This document shows positions 55,925 to 64,000 of a DNA stretch of 64,000 nucleotides, one piece after another; position 1 is the first letter of the stretch; each line of letters opens with the position of its first letter. Position numbers and translations under genes: made by a program. The stretch comes from an uncultured Oscillospiraceae bacterium (GTDB lineage: Bacteria; Bacillota; Clostridia; Oscillospirales; Oscillospiraceae): NCBI GenBank assembly GCA_944387115.1, contig CALXDR010000004.1, positions 699-64,698 on the forward strand, given 5' to 3'. Under the pieces are notes generated by a model that did no database searches, was not told the origin of the DNA, and saw only the letters and a list, made by a program, of their open reading frames with translations.

Positions 55925-57370
55925 TTATTCGGCGCCCCGTCCGGTGAAGACCACCAGCACGGTTTTCAGCAGGATTTTCACATCCAGCCACAGGCTCCAG
56001 TTGTCAATGTAGGTGGTGTCCAGCCGCACCACTTCCTCAAACTCCTGGATGTCGCTGCGCCCGGATACCTGCCACAGCCCGGTGATCCCCGGCTTCATTG
56101 CCAGGCGGCGCTTGTGGTGGCTCTCGTACTGGCGGTACTCATCCATGGTGGGGGGACGGGTGCCCACCAGAGACATATGGCCCACCAGCACATCGAGGAA
56201 CTGGGGCAGCTCGTCGATGCTGGTCTTGCGGATGAACTTGCCCACCTTGGTGATGCGGGGGTCGTCGTCCATTTTGAACATCAGGCCGTTCATCTTGTTC
56301 TGGGCCATCAGCTCCTTTTTGCGCTCCTCGGCATCCACATACATACTGCGCAGCTTGTGGATGTAGAACACACGCCCGTTGCGCCCTACCCGCTTCTGCT
56401 TGAAGAAGAGGGGGCCGGGGCTCTCCAGCTTGAGGGGGATGGCGGTGATGGCAATGATGGGCACGGAAATCACCAGGCCCACCAGCGCACCGGCGATGTC
56501 CATCAGCCGCTTGCAGGCCAGCTGGAGGAAGCTGTGCTGATTGGGGGTGAGGGTGACGAAGGGGACGCCGCCCCGCTGCCCCAGGGTGCGCTCCACCGTG
56601 GGCATCCAGGCCAGCTCCTGCTGGCGGCACATATAGGGCTCCAAAATCGGGATGTTCAGGTGGACGGCGGGGCCCATGCTCTCAATCTCCTCCAGGTAGG
56701 GGCGCATGGAATTGCCGGTGTCATAGGGCAGATTGATATACACCTCGTCCAACGACTCGTGGCGGAGCCAGTCCATAAATCCCTGGTAATCGGCCACAAC
56801 GGGCACGCCCTCCACGGCGGCGGGGCCGTCTCCAAAGGTGTCCAGCAGGGCAATGCCCTGAATGTTGACGGTCCAGTCGCTGCCCAGGTCGCGCACAATG
56901 GCGGCGGCCCGGTCGGTGGTGGTGATAATCCCCACCAGAGTGGCCATTCCCGTTTTGCGGAAGTACAGGTTGAGGAAGCGCTTCAGGCCCTGGCGTACAA
57001 GAAACTGCACCACGGTGTTGCCGCAAACCACCGCCACAAACATATGGCGGGAGTCCACCATGCCCGCCTTTACCATCAGCAGGCAGATGGCAAGCCCTGC
57101 CGCCAGGCTCAGGTTGAACTGGATTACCACCAGAAGCTCCCGCTTCCAGGTGCGTTTTGCAAAGCTTTCCGGGTGGGAGAACCACAGAAAGACCACGACG
57201 AATACGCACAGGAGGATGAGCCCGAATTGCAGAAACTCCCCGGCGGTATAGGGGGTGACCGCCTGCAAGCCATACTTCAGGATCAGCCAGGAGAAGACTG
57301 TGCTGAACAGCAGACTGAACAAATCCGTGCCCAGCAGCAGCAATAGCTTGAGATTCGCTTTCTTTTCCAC
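55925..57370 (-). CDS. Polyprenyl-phosphate glycosylphosphotransferase (WcaJ/CpsE-like sugar transferase)
   Basis: KRLMDI, FFKQKRVG, KLRSM, DDPRITKVGKFIRKTSIDELPQ, GHMSLVGTRP, KPGITGLWQVSGRS; GTG start. Confidence 0.93.
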   Translation of the reverse strand: MEKKANLKLLLLLGTDLFSLLFSTVFSWLILKYGLQAVTPYTAGEFLQFGLILLCVFVVVFLWFSHPESFAKRTWKRELLVVIQFNLSLAAGLAICLLMVKAGMVDSRHMFVAVVCGNTVVQFLVRQGLKRFLNLYFRKTGMATLVGIITTTDRAAAIVRDLGSDWTVNIQGIALLDTFGDGPAAVEGVPVVADYQGFMDWLRHESLDEVYINLPYDTGNSMRPYLEEIESMGPAVHLNIPILEPYMCRQQELAWMPTVERTLGQRGGVPFVTLTPNQHSFLQLACKRLMDIAGALVGLVISVPIIAITAIPLKLESPGPLFFKQKRVGRNGRVFYIHKLRSMYVDAEERKKELMAQNKMNGLMFKMDDDPRITKVGKFIRKTSIDELPQFLDVLVGHMSLVGTRPPTMDEYRQYESHHKRRLAMKPGITGLWQVSGRSDIQEFEEVVRLDTTYIDNWSLWLDVKILLKTVLVVFTGRGAE

Positions 57371-57775
57371 GTGTCTTGTTCGCTCTCTTTCTCTCTCGAA
57401 GTGTATACCGCCCTGGCATCCCGCCAGCCAGAGGAAAAACGGTGCTGCTGGGGGCGGCAGGGCAGGTACAGACTTGTTTATTATAGCAGATAATCGAAAA
57501 ATGTCCAGAGAAAAAACGCATGAATTAGTTGTATTTCCCTTGAGATAAACTGACACCCCCGGGGAAAGCACCGGGGGAGAATCCTACCCATTGTAACACA
57601 GGCGGCGGCAAAAATCAAAGGAATGGGGCGGGGGACTTGCATCCATTCCACTGCAATGGGGCAGGGCGGGACGGCGTGATTGGCAGGCGGAGTGGGGGAG
57701 AAGGGGAGTGGGCTGCAAGGACGATCCCCGCGCCCTGGCAGGGGCATAGGGGTGCATAGGATGGAATATGCGGGC

Positions 57776-58315
57776 TTATCCCTGCCGCTCCAGGTGGGGA
57801 TGGGGCGGGGGCAAGCGGCTGGGAGGCACCCACACAATTTCACCGGGGGCGGGGCCGTGACAGCACACAGCAGCCCACCAGTCCCCGCCGTGATAGGCCT
57901 CATGGGGGCAGTGGGGGGGCATTACCGCCCGGCGGGGCGGATAGAGGGGGCTGTCCTCCCGCTTGCACCAGCTCTCCTTCAGCGTCCACAGCCGGGTGAA
58001 GGAGGACCAGGTGCCGTCGAACTGGGCCAATTCCTCCGGGGCCAGGGCGTAGCGGGGGAGGGAGGGCCGGTGGGGGCGCACAAGCTCCACATCTACCCCA
58101 ACAGGGCCGCAGTCGGACAGGGCGCAAACGGCCAGCCCCCCGCTGTGGGACAGGGAGAGCCACCGGCCCGGCTGGGCAAACAGGGGCTTGCCCCGGGGGC
58201 TGTAAGTGAGGGGCTGGGAGGGGACTGCCCCCCACAGATGGGTGCAGGCATAGGTGAGCAGGGCACGGGTCAGGGTGCGTCCCTCCTGCCCGGCCACCCC
58301 GTAGACAGCCGTCAT
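57776..58315 (-). CDS. 4'-phosphopantetheinyl transferase (short Sfp-like)
   Basis: PRGKP, LSLSHSG, VGVDVE, LWTLKES. Confidence 0.85.
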   Translation of the reverse strand: MTAVYGVAGQEGRTLTRALLTYACTHLWGAVPSQPLTYSPRGKPLFAQPGRWLSLSHSGGLAVCALSDCGPVGVDVELVRPHRPSLPRYALAPEELAQFDGTWSSFTRLWTLKESWCKREDSPLYPPRRAVMPPHCPHEAYHGGDWWAAVCCHGPAPGEIVWVPPSRLPPPHPHLERQG

Positions 58316-58345
58316 GCCCCAACCTCCCCGGCTGGGGCGGCCCAA

Positions 58346-58798
58346 TCAGCCCCTGGGCTTGTAGTCGCGAATTTCATGCTCGGGCACATCATAGTTTTCC
58401 ATGACATCACGGAGGGCCTGCATATACTTCTCCGACTTGTGCACCACAAAGGCATCCGGATCGATGGGCATATTCAGTGCGTCCATGCGGCGGATTGCCC
58501 AGATATACATGGCGTCCAGGGCGGGCATGAGCTGCTTGCCCGCCTCGGTGAGCTCATAGGATACCTTGGGGGGCGCTACATCGTAGGCAATGCGGTTGAC
58601 CAGGCCGTCCTCCACCAGCTCCTTGAGCTGCTGGCTGAGTACCTTTTCCGACAGGGGAAAGACTCGCACGGCGTAGTTGAAGCGGATGGAGCCAAAGGTG
58701 TAAATTTCGTGCAGAATGGTCATCTTCCACTTCCCGCCGATGCATTGGCGGATGTAGTGGTAGGGGTTGATGGGTTGCTTGTCGTCGGCAGCGCCCAT
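58346..58798 (-). CDS. HxlR family winged-helix regulator
   Basis: IGGKWKMTIL, SEKVLSQQLKELVEDGLVNR, PPKVSYELT. Confidence 0.92.
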   Translation of the reverse strand: MGAADDKQPINPYHYIRQCIGGKWKMTILHEIYTFGSIRFNYAVRVFPLSEKVLSQQLKELVEDGLVNRIAYDVAPPKVSYELTEAGKQLMPALDAMYIWAIRRMDALNMPIDPDAFVVHKSEKYMQALRDVMENYDVPEHEIRDYKPRG

Positions 58799-59097
58799 GG
58801 CGGAATGTCACCCTTTCTCTGTAAGTATAGAAATCCAGGGGATAGAGGAACAAAAACCCCCATTCTGAGCATTCAGTATACCATAGCTTTGGGGCACTTG
58901 CAAGACGGCGGCGGGGGGCGGGCGGTGCGTGTTGCTGATTTCGGTAGAAAAACTCTGCGTGTTTTCATACAAAGTACACAGAAAAGCGGGGGGAATTCAC
59001 CAAAAAGCATTGTTAAAGTTTGGACACTTTCGACGAAAAGAAGGGGCACAGCGACTTGGACAAAAAAATTTTCGAGAACCTTACCAAATTGTCAGTA

Positions 59098-59125
59098 TTG
59101 TCAATGGGAGAAAAAATCCTATAAT
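59098..59125 (+). promoter_or_regulatory. Putative SigA promoter of catabolic operon
   Basis: TTGTCA-16bp-TATAAT in AT-rich intergenic region. Confidence 0.55.
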
Positions 59126-59200
59126 AGTTCTTATAGAGTAGAACCTGGCTTGAACGACAGGACAGGCGGACTGAGCGCAAGCAAGAAAGGAAGATGCATC

Positions 59201-59551
59201 ATGATTAAGAGAACCTATGAAGAGCTGGAGCCCTATTTCCCCGCCGGTCACTTCGGCGTGACCTGCAAGCGCTACCACGGCAAGGACGAGACCGGCGCCA
59301 GCAAGTTCTGGATTGGCGTATCTGAGTTTGAACCCGGCGGCGGCGCAGACTGGGCCTATGACGACAACCCCCTGGAGAAGGTGTACTATGTGCTGGAAGG
59401 GGAGATGACCGTCACCGACAAGGACGGCAACAAGTATGTGATTCATGCCAACGAGTCCATCAGCTTCCCCCCCAACGAGGGCCGGGGTCTGAAGAATGAG
59501 TCCGATCAGCCCGCCAAGATGCTGGTGATTATCAACTACCCTGAGGCATAA
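59201..59551 (+). CDS. Cupin domain protein (116 aa)
   Basis: [31 protein letters not shown] cupin pattern; AAGGAA RBS. Confidence 0.85.
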   Translation: MIKRTYEELEPYFPAGHFGVTCKRYHGKDETGASKFWIGVSEFEPGGGADWAYDDNPLEKVYYVLEGEMTVTDKDGNKYVIHANESISFPPNEGRGLKNESDQPAKMLVIINYPEA

Positions 59552-59616
59552 ATAGCGCCGGGCCGCGCAACAAAGCCGGGCGCAAAACACCCACTACATA
59601 CAAGGAGGAAGCTATC

Positions 59617-60411
59617 ATGGTCCCCATTCAGAAGAGTTTTGTACAGAATATGTTCTCCGTGGAGGGCAAGGTTGCCCTGGTCACCGGCGCCACCGGTGCG
59701 CTGGGCTGCGTGCTGGCCAAGGCCTACGGCTATGCCGGCGCCAAGGTATTCATGACCGGGCGCAACGAGGCCAAGCTCAAGGCCCTGGAGGAGGAGTTCC
59801 AGGCTGAGGGCATCGACTGCGGCTACTTCGTGGCCGACCCCGCCGTGGAGGAGGACGTGGACGGGCTGGTCAAGGCCTGTGTGGCCAAGTACGGCGAGGT
59901 GAACATCCTGGCTGTGGCCCACGGCTACAACAAGCCCCAGAATGTGCTGGAGCAGTCTGTGGCCGACTGGCAGAAGATTATGGACGCCGACTGTAAGTCT
60001 GTGTACATCGTCACCAAGTATGTGGCCCACCAGATGGTGGCGCAGGGCAAGGGCGGCAAGATGGTGGTGGTCACCTCCCAGCGCTCCAAGCGGGGCATGG
60101 CCAACTACACCGGCTACTGCACCTCCAAGGGCGGCGCTGACCTGATGGTGTCCTGCCTGGCCTGCGACCTGACCGCCAAGTACGGCATCAACGTCAACTC
60201 CATCTGCCCCACTGTGTTCCGCTCCGATCTGACCGAGTGGATGTTCGACCCCGAGTCCGCCGTGTACAAGAACTTCCTGGCCCGTGAGCCCATCGGCCGC
60301 CTGGGCGAGCCTGAGGACTTTGTGGGCTACTGCCTGTTCCTCTCCTCCGACGCCTCCAACTTCATCACCGGCAGCAACTGTGACTGCTCCGGCGGCTACC
60401 TGACCGTGTAA
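59617..60411 (+). CDS. SDR oxidoreductase, probable phloroglucinol reductase
   Basis: [11 protein letters not shown] (basic residue typical of NADP-dependent SDRs), YCTSK; closely resembles my recollection of the characterised clostridial phloroglucinol reductase (not aligned). Confidence 0.8.
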   Translation: MVPIQKSFVQNMFSVEGKVALVTGATGALGCVLAKAYGYAGAKVFMTGRNEAKLKALEEEFQAEGIDCGYFVADPAVEEDVDGLVKACVAKYGEVNILAVAHGYNKPQNVLEQSVADWQKIMDADCKSVYIVTKYVAHQMVAQGKGGKMVVVTSQRSKRGMANYTGYCTSKGGADLMVSCLACDLTAKYGINVNSICPTVFRSDLTEWMFDPESAVYKNFLAREPIGRLGEPEDFVGYCLFLSSDASNFITGSNCDCSGGYLTV

Positions 60412-60436
60412 GCCCGGCCGGGTAAGGAGAGCAGCA

Positions 60437-61369
60437 ATGGATATCAAGCGCATTCTCATTGTGGGTGCGGGCATGATGGGCAAGAACATTGCCTTCGTCA
60501 TGACTGCCAACCCCGCCTATACCGTGGGTGTGTACGACCTGTATGAAACGGATTTGGCCGCCGGCATCCGTGCCAACACCCAGCAGCTGGTGGACAAGGG
60601 CATACTCACCGCCCAGGAGCTGGAGGAGCGCCTGGAGCGGGTGGCGTTTACCACCGACCTGGAAAGTCCTCTGGTCAGCCAGGCCGACCTGGTGATTGAG
60701 GCCGTATTCGAGGATATGCAGGTCAAGCGGGAGACCTTTGCCAAGCTGGAGGCCCGCTGCCGCCCCGACACCATCTTCTGCACCAACTCTTCGGTGATGA
60801 GCCCCAGCGAGATTTCCGCCCAGCTCACCCACCGTGAGCGCTTCGTGGGCACCCACTTCTGGAACCCCGGGCACCTGATTCCCCTGGTGGAGGTCATCAA
60901 GTCGGACGCCTCCAGCGATGCGGTGGCGCAGACGGTGCTGGACGTGCTCACCAGCGTAGGCAAGAAGGCGGTGCTGTGCAAGAAGGATGTGCCCGGCTTC
61001 ATCGCCAACCGCCTGCAGCACGCCCTCTGGCGTGAGGCCTTCTACATGGTGGAAAACGGCATTGCCGACGCCAAGACTGTGGACGATGCGTGTAAGTACG
61101 GTCCCGGTCTGCGCTGGCCCATTATGGGGCCCATGGAGAACTCCGACCTGGTGAGCATCACCCTCACCAAGAACATCCACGACTATATTCTCCCCTCCCT
61201 GGCGGACAATCACGAGCCCTCCAAGTGTCTGGCGGAGATGCTGGAGCGGGGAGAGGACGGCTTTAAGACCGGAAAGGGCTGGCAGTCCTGGACACCGGAG
61301 CAGATGCAGGCCTCCAACGACGGCCTGCGGGCATATCTGATTGACTACCTGGCCCGTCAGCAGCAGTAA
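60437..61369 (+). CDS. 3-hydroxyacyl-CoA dehydrogenase family protein
   Basis: GAGMMG, EAVFED, TNSS, GTHFWNPGHLIPLVEV, PGFIANRLQ. Confidence 0.9.
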   Translation: MDIKRILIVGAGMMGKNIAFVMTANPAYTVGVYDLYETDLAAGIRANTQQLVDKGILTAQELEERLERVAFTTDLESPLVSQADLVIEAVFEDMQVKRETFAKLEARCRPDTIFCTNSSVMSPSEISAQLTHRERFVGTHFWNPGHLIPLVEVIKSDASSDAVAQTVLDVLTSVGKKAVLCKKDVPGFIANRLQHALWREAFYMVENGIADAKTVDDACKYGPGLRWPIMGPMENSDLVSITLTKNIHDYILPSLADNHEPSKCLAEMLERGEDGFKTGKGWQSWTPEQMQASNDGLRAYLIDYLARQQQ

Positions 61370-61438
61370 TCTGCCGCTGGCCCCAAGGGCAAGGAGCAAA
61401 ACCATAGTACATTTCATTTTTTACTGGAGGTAATAAAC

Positions 61439-62452
61439 ATGGGTAAGAAAGTTTTTGTTGACCTGACGCACCCCTTCGGCGCGGAGATTCCCCGCTGGCC
61501 GTACTTTGACAAGCCCACCATCGACAACACCCACACCATGGCCAAGGGCGGCGTGCTCACCCAGAAGATCACCTGCACCATGCACACCGGCACCCACTGC
61601 GATGCGCCCCGCCACGTGATGGAGTATGAGTTTGACGGCCGCCGTGCCCGCTACACCCACGAGATGCCCATCGACGCCTACACCGGCGAGGCCGTGGTGC
61701 TCAAGGTGGACATCGAGCCCTGGGGCCTGATCACCGACAAGCACCTGGATGCAGCCTGCCAGGCCTGCGGCATCAACCCCGCCGACCTGAAGGACAAGGT
61801 GGTGTGCCTGAACACCGGTATGCACCGCCTGTTCGACGACTCCAAGGCCTACTATCACTATGCCAGCGGCACCGGCGTGGAGGCCGGCAAGTGGTTTGTG
61901 AAGCACGGCGTGAAGTGCGTGGCCATGGACGGCCAGGCGCTGGATCACCCCCTGCACACCGCTATGGGCAACAACGGCATGACCCGCATGAACCTGCTGG
62001 GCGCCACCGGCAAGCCCATCACCGAGGAGTACAAGGAGCTGTTTGGCGAGGAGGCCTATGCCGAGTTCGACAAGTTCGAGTACATCCGTCTCCACGGTCA
62101 GGCCGCCTACGACGAGAAGTTCGGCGACCTGGAGAACCTGGGCCTGTGGGGCACCTGGGAGCCCTGCCACAAGCAGATGCTGGGCCACGGCATTGTGGGC
62201 GTGGAGAACCTGGGCGGCGACCTGGACAAGATTCCCGCCGGCAAGGTGTTCCAGTTCTACTGCTTCCCCCTGCGCTGGTACATGGGCGACGGCTCCATGG
62301 CCCGCTGCGTGGCTCAGATTGACGAGGACGACCTGGTGCCCGGCGTGCCCGACCGCACCTACACCTACGGCGGCACCGGCTATGCCGACGAGTCCGGCAA
62401 CGGCGGCAGCGGCCTGGAGTATATGCAGAAGCTGTTCAACCGCAATAAGTAA
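61439..62452 (+). CDS. Cyclase family (kynurenine formamidase-like) metal-dependent hydrolase, probable dihydrophloroglucinol cyclohydrolase
   Basis: HTGTHCDAPRH (HxGTHxDxPxH), GVENL, GDGSMARCVA; context. Confidence 0.78.
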   Translation: MGKKVFVDLTHPFGAEIPRWPYFDKPTIDNTHTMAKGGVLTQKITCTMHTGTHCDAPRHVMEYEFDGRRARYTHEMPIDAYTGEAVVLKVDIEPWGLITDKHLDAACQACGINPADLKDKVVCLNTGMHRLFDDSKAYYHYASGTGVEAGKWFVKHGVKCVAMDGQALDHPLHTAMGNNGMTRMNLLGATGKPITEEYKELFGEEAYAEFDKFEYIRLHGQAAYDEKFGDLENLGLWGTWEPCHKQMLGHGIVGVENLGGDLDKIPAGKVFQFYCFPLRWYMGDGSMARCVAQIDEDDLVPGVPDRTYTYGGTGYADESGNGGSGLEYMQKLFNRNK

Positions 62453-62616
62453 CACCACATCAGACCGATTGGTGAGGTGTTCCACCGGCGGGCGGGGGTT
62501 GTCCCGTCCGCCGGTTTGTCACCTGCGGCTGCACACCCTGGCGGCGTGCAGCGGCGATTTCCCGCTATTCCCCTCGCATTTCCCCCAAAACCCTGTGGAA
62601 AGAGAGTGCGCAACTT

Positions 62617-63954
62617 ATGGAGAAGAAGGTAAATTCCCTGCCGGATGGCAATAAAGGTTCTATTTTTCGCTTTGGTGCATGGGGATGGCTGACCATCCTG
62701 TATTGCCTGCTGATGTTCTTCCTGTATGTGGGTATGTGCAACGACGGCTCCAACATCACAGCCCCCGCCGTGGCGGAGGCGCTGGAGGTCAACCGGGGCG
62801 TCATTATGAACATAAACTCCGCTGCCGGTCTGGTGGGCGTGGTGTTCTTTATCATTGTGGGCCAGGTCAACCGCCGCATTGGCGCCCGCATGACCTCCGG
62901 CATCTGCAACATTGTGGCTGGCGTGGCCTACATTGCCGCCTGCAATGCCCCCAATGTCATTTTGTACGGTATAGCCATGTGCTTTGTGTACGGCGGGATT
63001 ATGTCTGCCGGTTATGTAGCCGGCGGCACCCTGGTGGCCGAGTGGTTCCCCAAGAAGAAGGGCATCGTGATGGGTTATACCACCATGGGGCACAACTTTG
63101 CCTCTGCCTTCTATGTGCAGCTGGTGTCCATTCTGGTGGCCCCCACGGTGCTGGGCAACATCGGCGCGGCTGTGGTGCCCATCGGCGTGGCCGCCATTGT
63201 GCTGGGCATTCTGGGCATGGTGCTCATCCGCAACACCCCCCAGGAGCGGGGGCTGAACCCGGACAACGTGTCCGACAAGGTGTACGCCGAGGAGTATGAC
63301 ACGGTGGATTCCATCTCCGACGGCGGCTGGACCACCGGAAAGCTGCTGCGCACCAAGGAGCTGTGGCTGGCGGCCATTACCACCGGTATGTACCAGATCT
63401 GCTCGGTGGGCGTTATGAGCCAGCTGGTGCTGCGCAACGAGGAGCTGGGGATGGACACCCAGACCGCCTTGAACATCATGACCATTCTGGCCCTGGGCGG
63501 TGTGTTTGGCTCCTGGTTGGTGGGCGTCATCGACGAGAAGTGGGGCACCAAAAAGACCATGATTCTCTTCGGTGTGTGGTACTGCGTGGCGCTGCTGTGC
63601 AACTTCACCGCTGTGGACTCTGTGACGCCTATGGTGTACATCTCCCTGTTTATGATTGCCATGGGCATTGGCGGCTCTGCCAACTTCACCACCTCTCTGC
63701 CCACCTCCATCTTTGGCCGCCATGGCTTTGACCAGGTCAATGCGGTGATCTTCCCCATTCAGGGCGCTGTCACGGCCTTGTGCTTTGCCGTCAACGGCGT
63801 GGTGCAGCTGATGACCGGCGGCCAGATTCGTATGGCCTACCTGGTGTTTGCCGGGGTGGCTGTGGTCACTGCGCTGATGGTGTGCGCCATTGACGAGCAC
63901 AAGTATAACCGGGACTGGAAGGCCGCCCACGACCACGAGCACGCCAAGGTCTAA
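62617..63954 (+). CDS. MFS transporter
   Basis: About 12 TM segments, RRIGAR and DEKWGTK loop motifs, EWFPKKKGIVMG. Confidence 0.92.
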   Translation: MEKKVNSLPDGNKGSIFRFGAWGWLTILYCLLMFFLYVGMCNDGSNITAPAVAEALEVNRGVIMNINSAAGLVGVVFFIIVGQVNRRIGARMTSGICNIVAGVAYIAACNAPNVILYGIAMCFVYGGIMSAGYVAGGTLVAEWFPKKKGIVMGYTTMGHNFASAFYVQLVSILVAPTVLGNIGAAVVPIGVAAIVLGILGMVLIRNTPQERGLNPDNVSDKVYAEEYDTVDSISDGGWTTGKLLRTKELWLAAITTGMYQICSVGVMSQLVLRNEELGMDTQTALNIMTILALGGVFGSWLVGVIDEKWGTKKTMILFGVWYCVALLCNFTAVDSVTPMVYISLFMIAMGIGGSANFTTSLPTSIFGRHGFDQVNAVIFPIQGAVTALCFAVNGVVQLMTGGQIRMAYLVFAGVAVVTALMVCAIDEHKYNRDWKAAHDHEHAKV

Positions 63955-64000
63955 GACTGGGGCGCAACTTGCCCCTGTTGTGCCTATAAAAACCTGCATT

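Noticed and set aside
57680-59551. 623-aa ORF from the track as a single protein
   Set aside because: Only the last 116 codons (ATG 59201 with RBS) look like a real cupin; the rest overlaps PPTase and HxlR on the other strand

Overview
High-GC Firmicute chromosome segment. Gene content and style suggest Oscillospiraceae (Flavonifractor/Pseudoflavonifractor-like); this is an inference. It is mostly core genes: secA (5'-truncated), pgeF, purL, pepF, rlmA, mrp, mutL, dtd, dnaD/dnaC-like, proS, relA, recJ, lexA, feoAB. Four things stand out. (1) Six arrays of a modular, palindromic intergenic repeat family (11 complete ~115-150 bp scaffold units plus a second module). Its stems show compensatory base changes, its terminal loops are GC-NNN-GC triloops, and every array is oriented with the upstream gene, several starting at or near its 3' end. 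(2) A split flavonoid/polyphenol catabolic route: a LysR-phloretin hydrolase pair at 32.9-34.7 kb and a cupin-SDR-dehydrogenase-cyclase-MFS operon at 59.2-64.0 kb matching a phloroglucinol degradation cluster. (3) Two convergent MurE paralogues, one with the meso-DAP DNPR motif and one lacking it, the latter in an operon with an ATP-grasp D-Asp ligase and an Asp racemase. (4) A ptb-buk operon whose ptb contains an in-frame TAG. No tRNA, rRNA, CRISPR array, transposase or prophage gene was recognised. All family assignments come from motifs or recalled family sequences, not from database searches.
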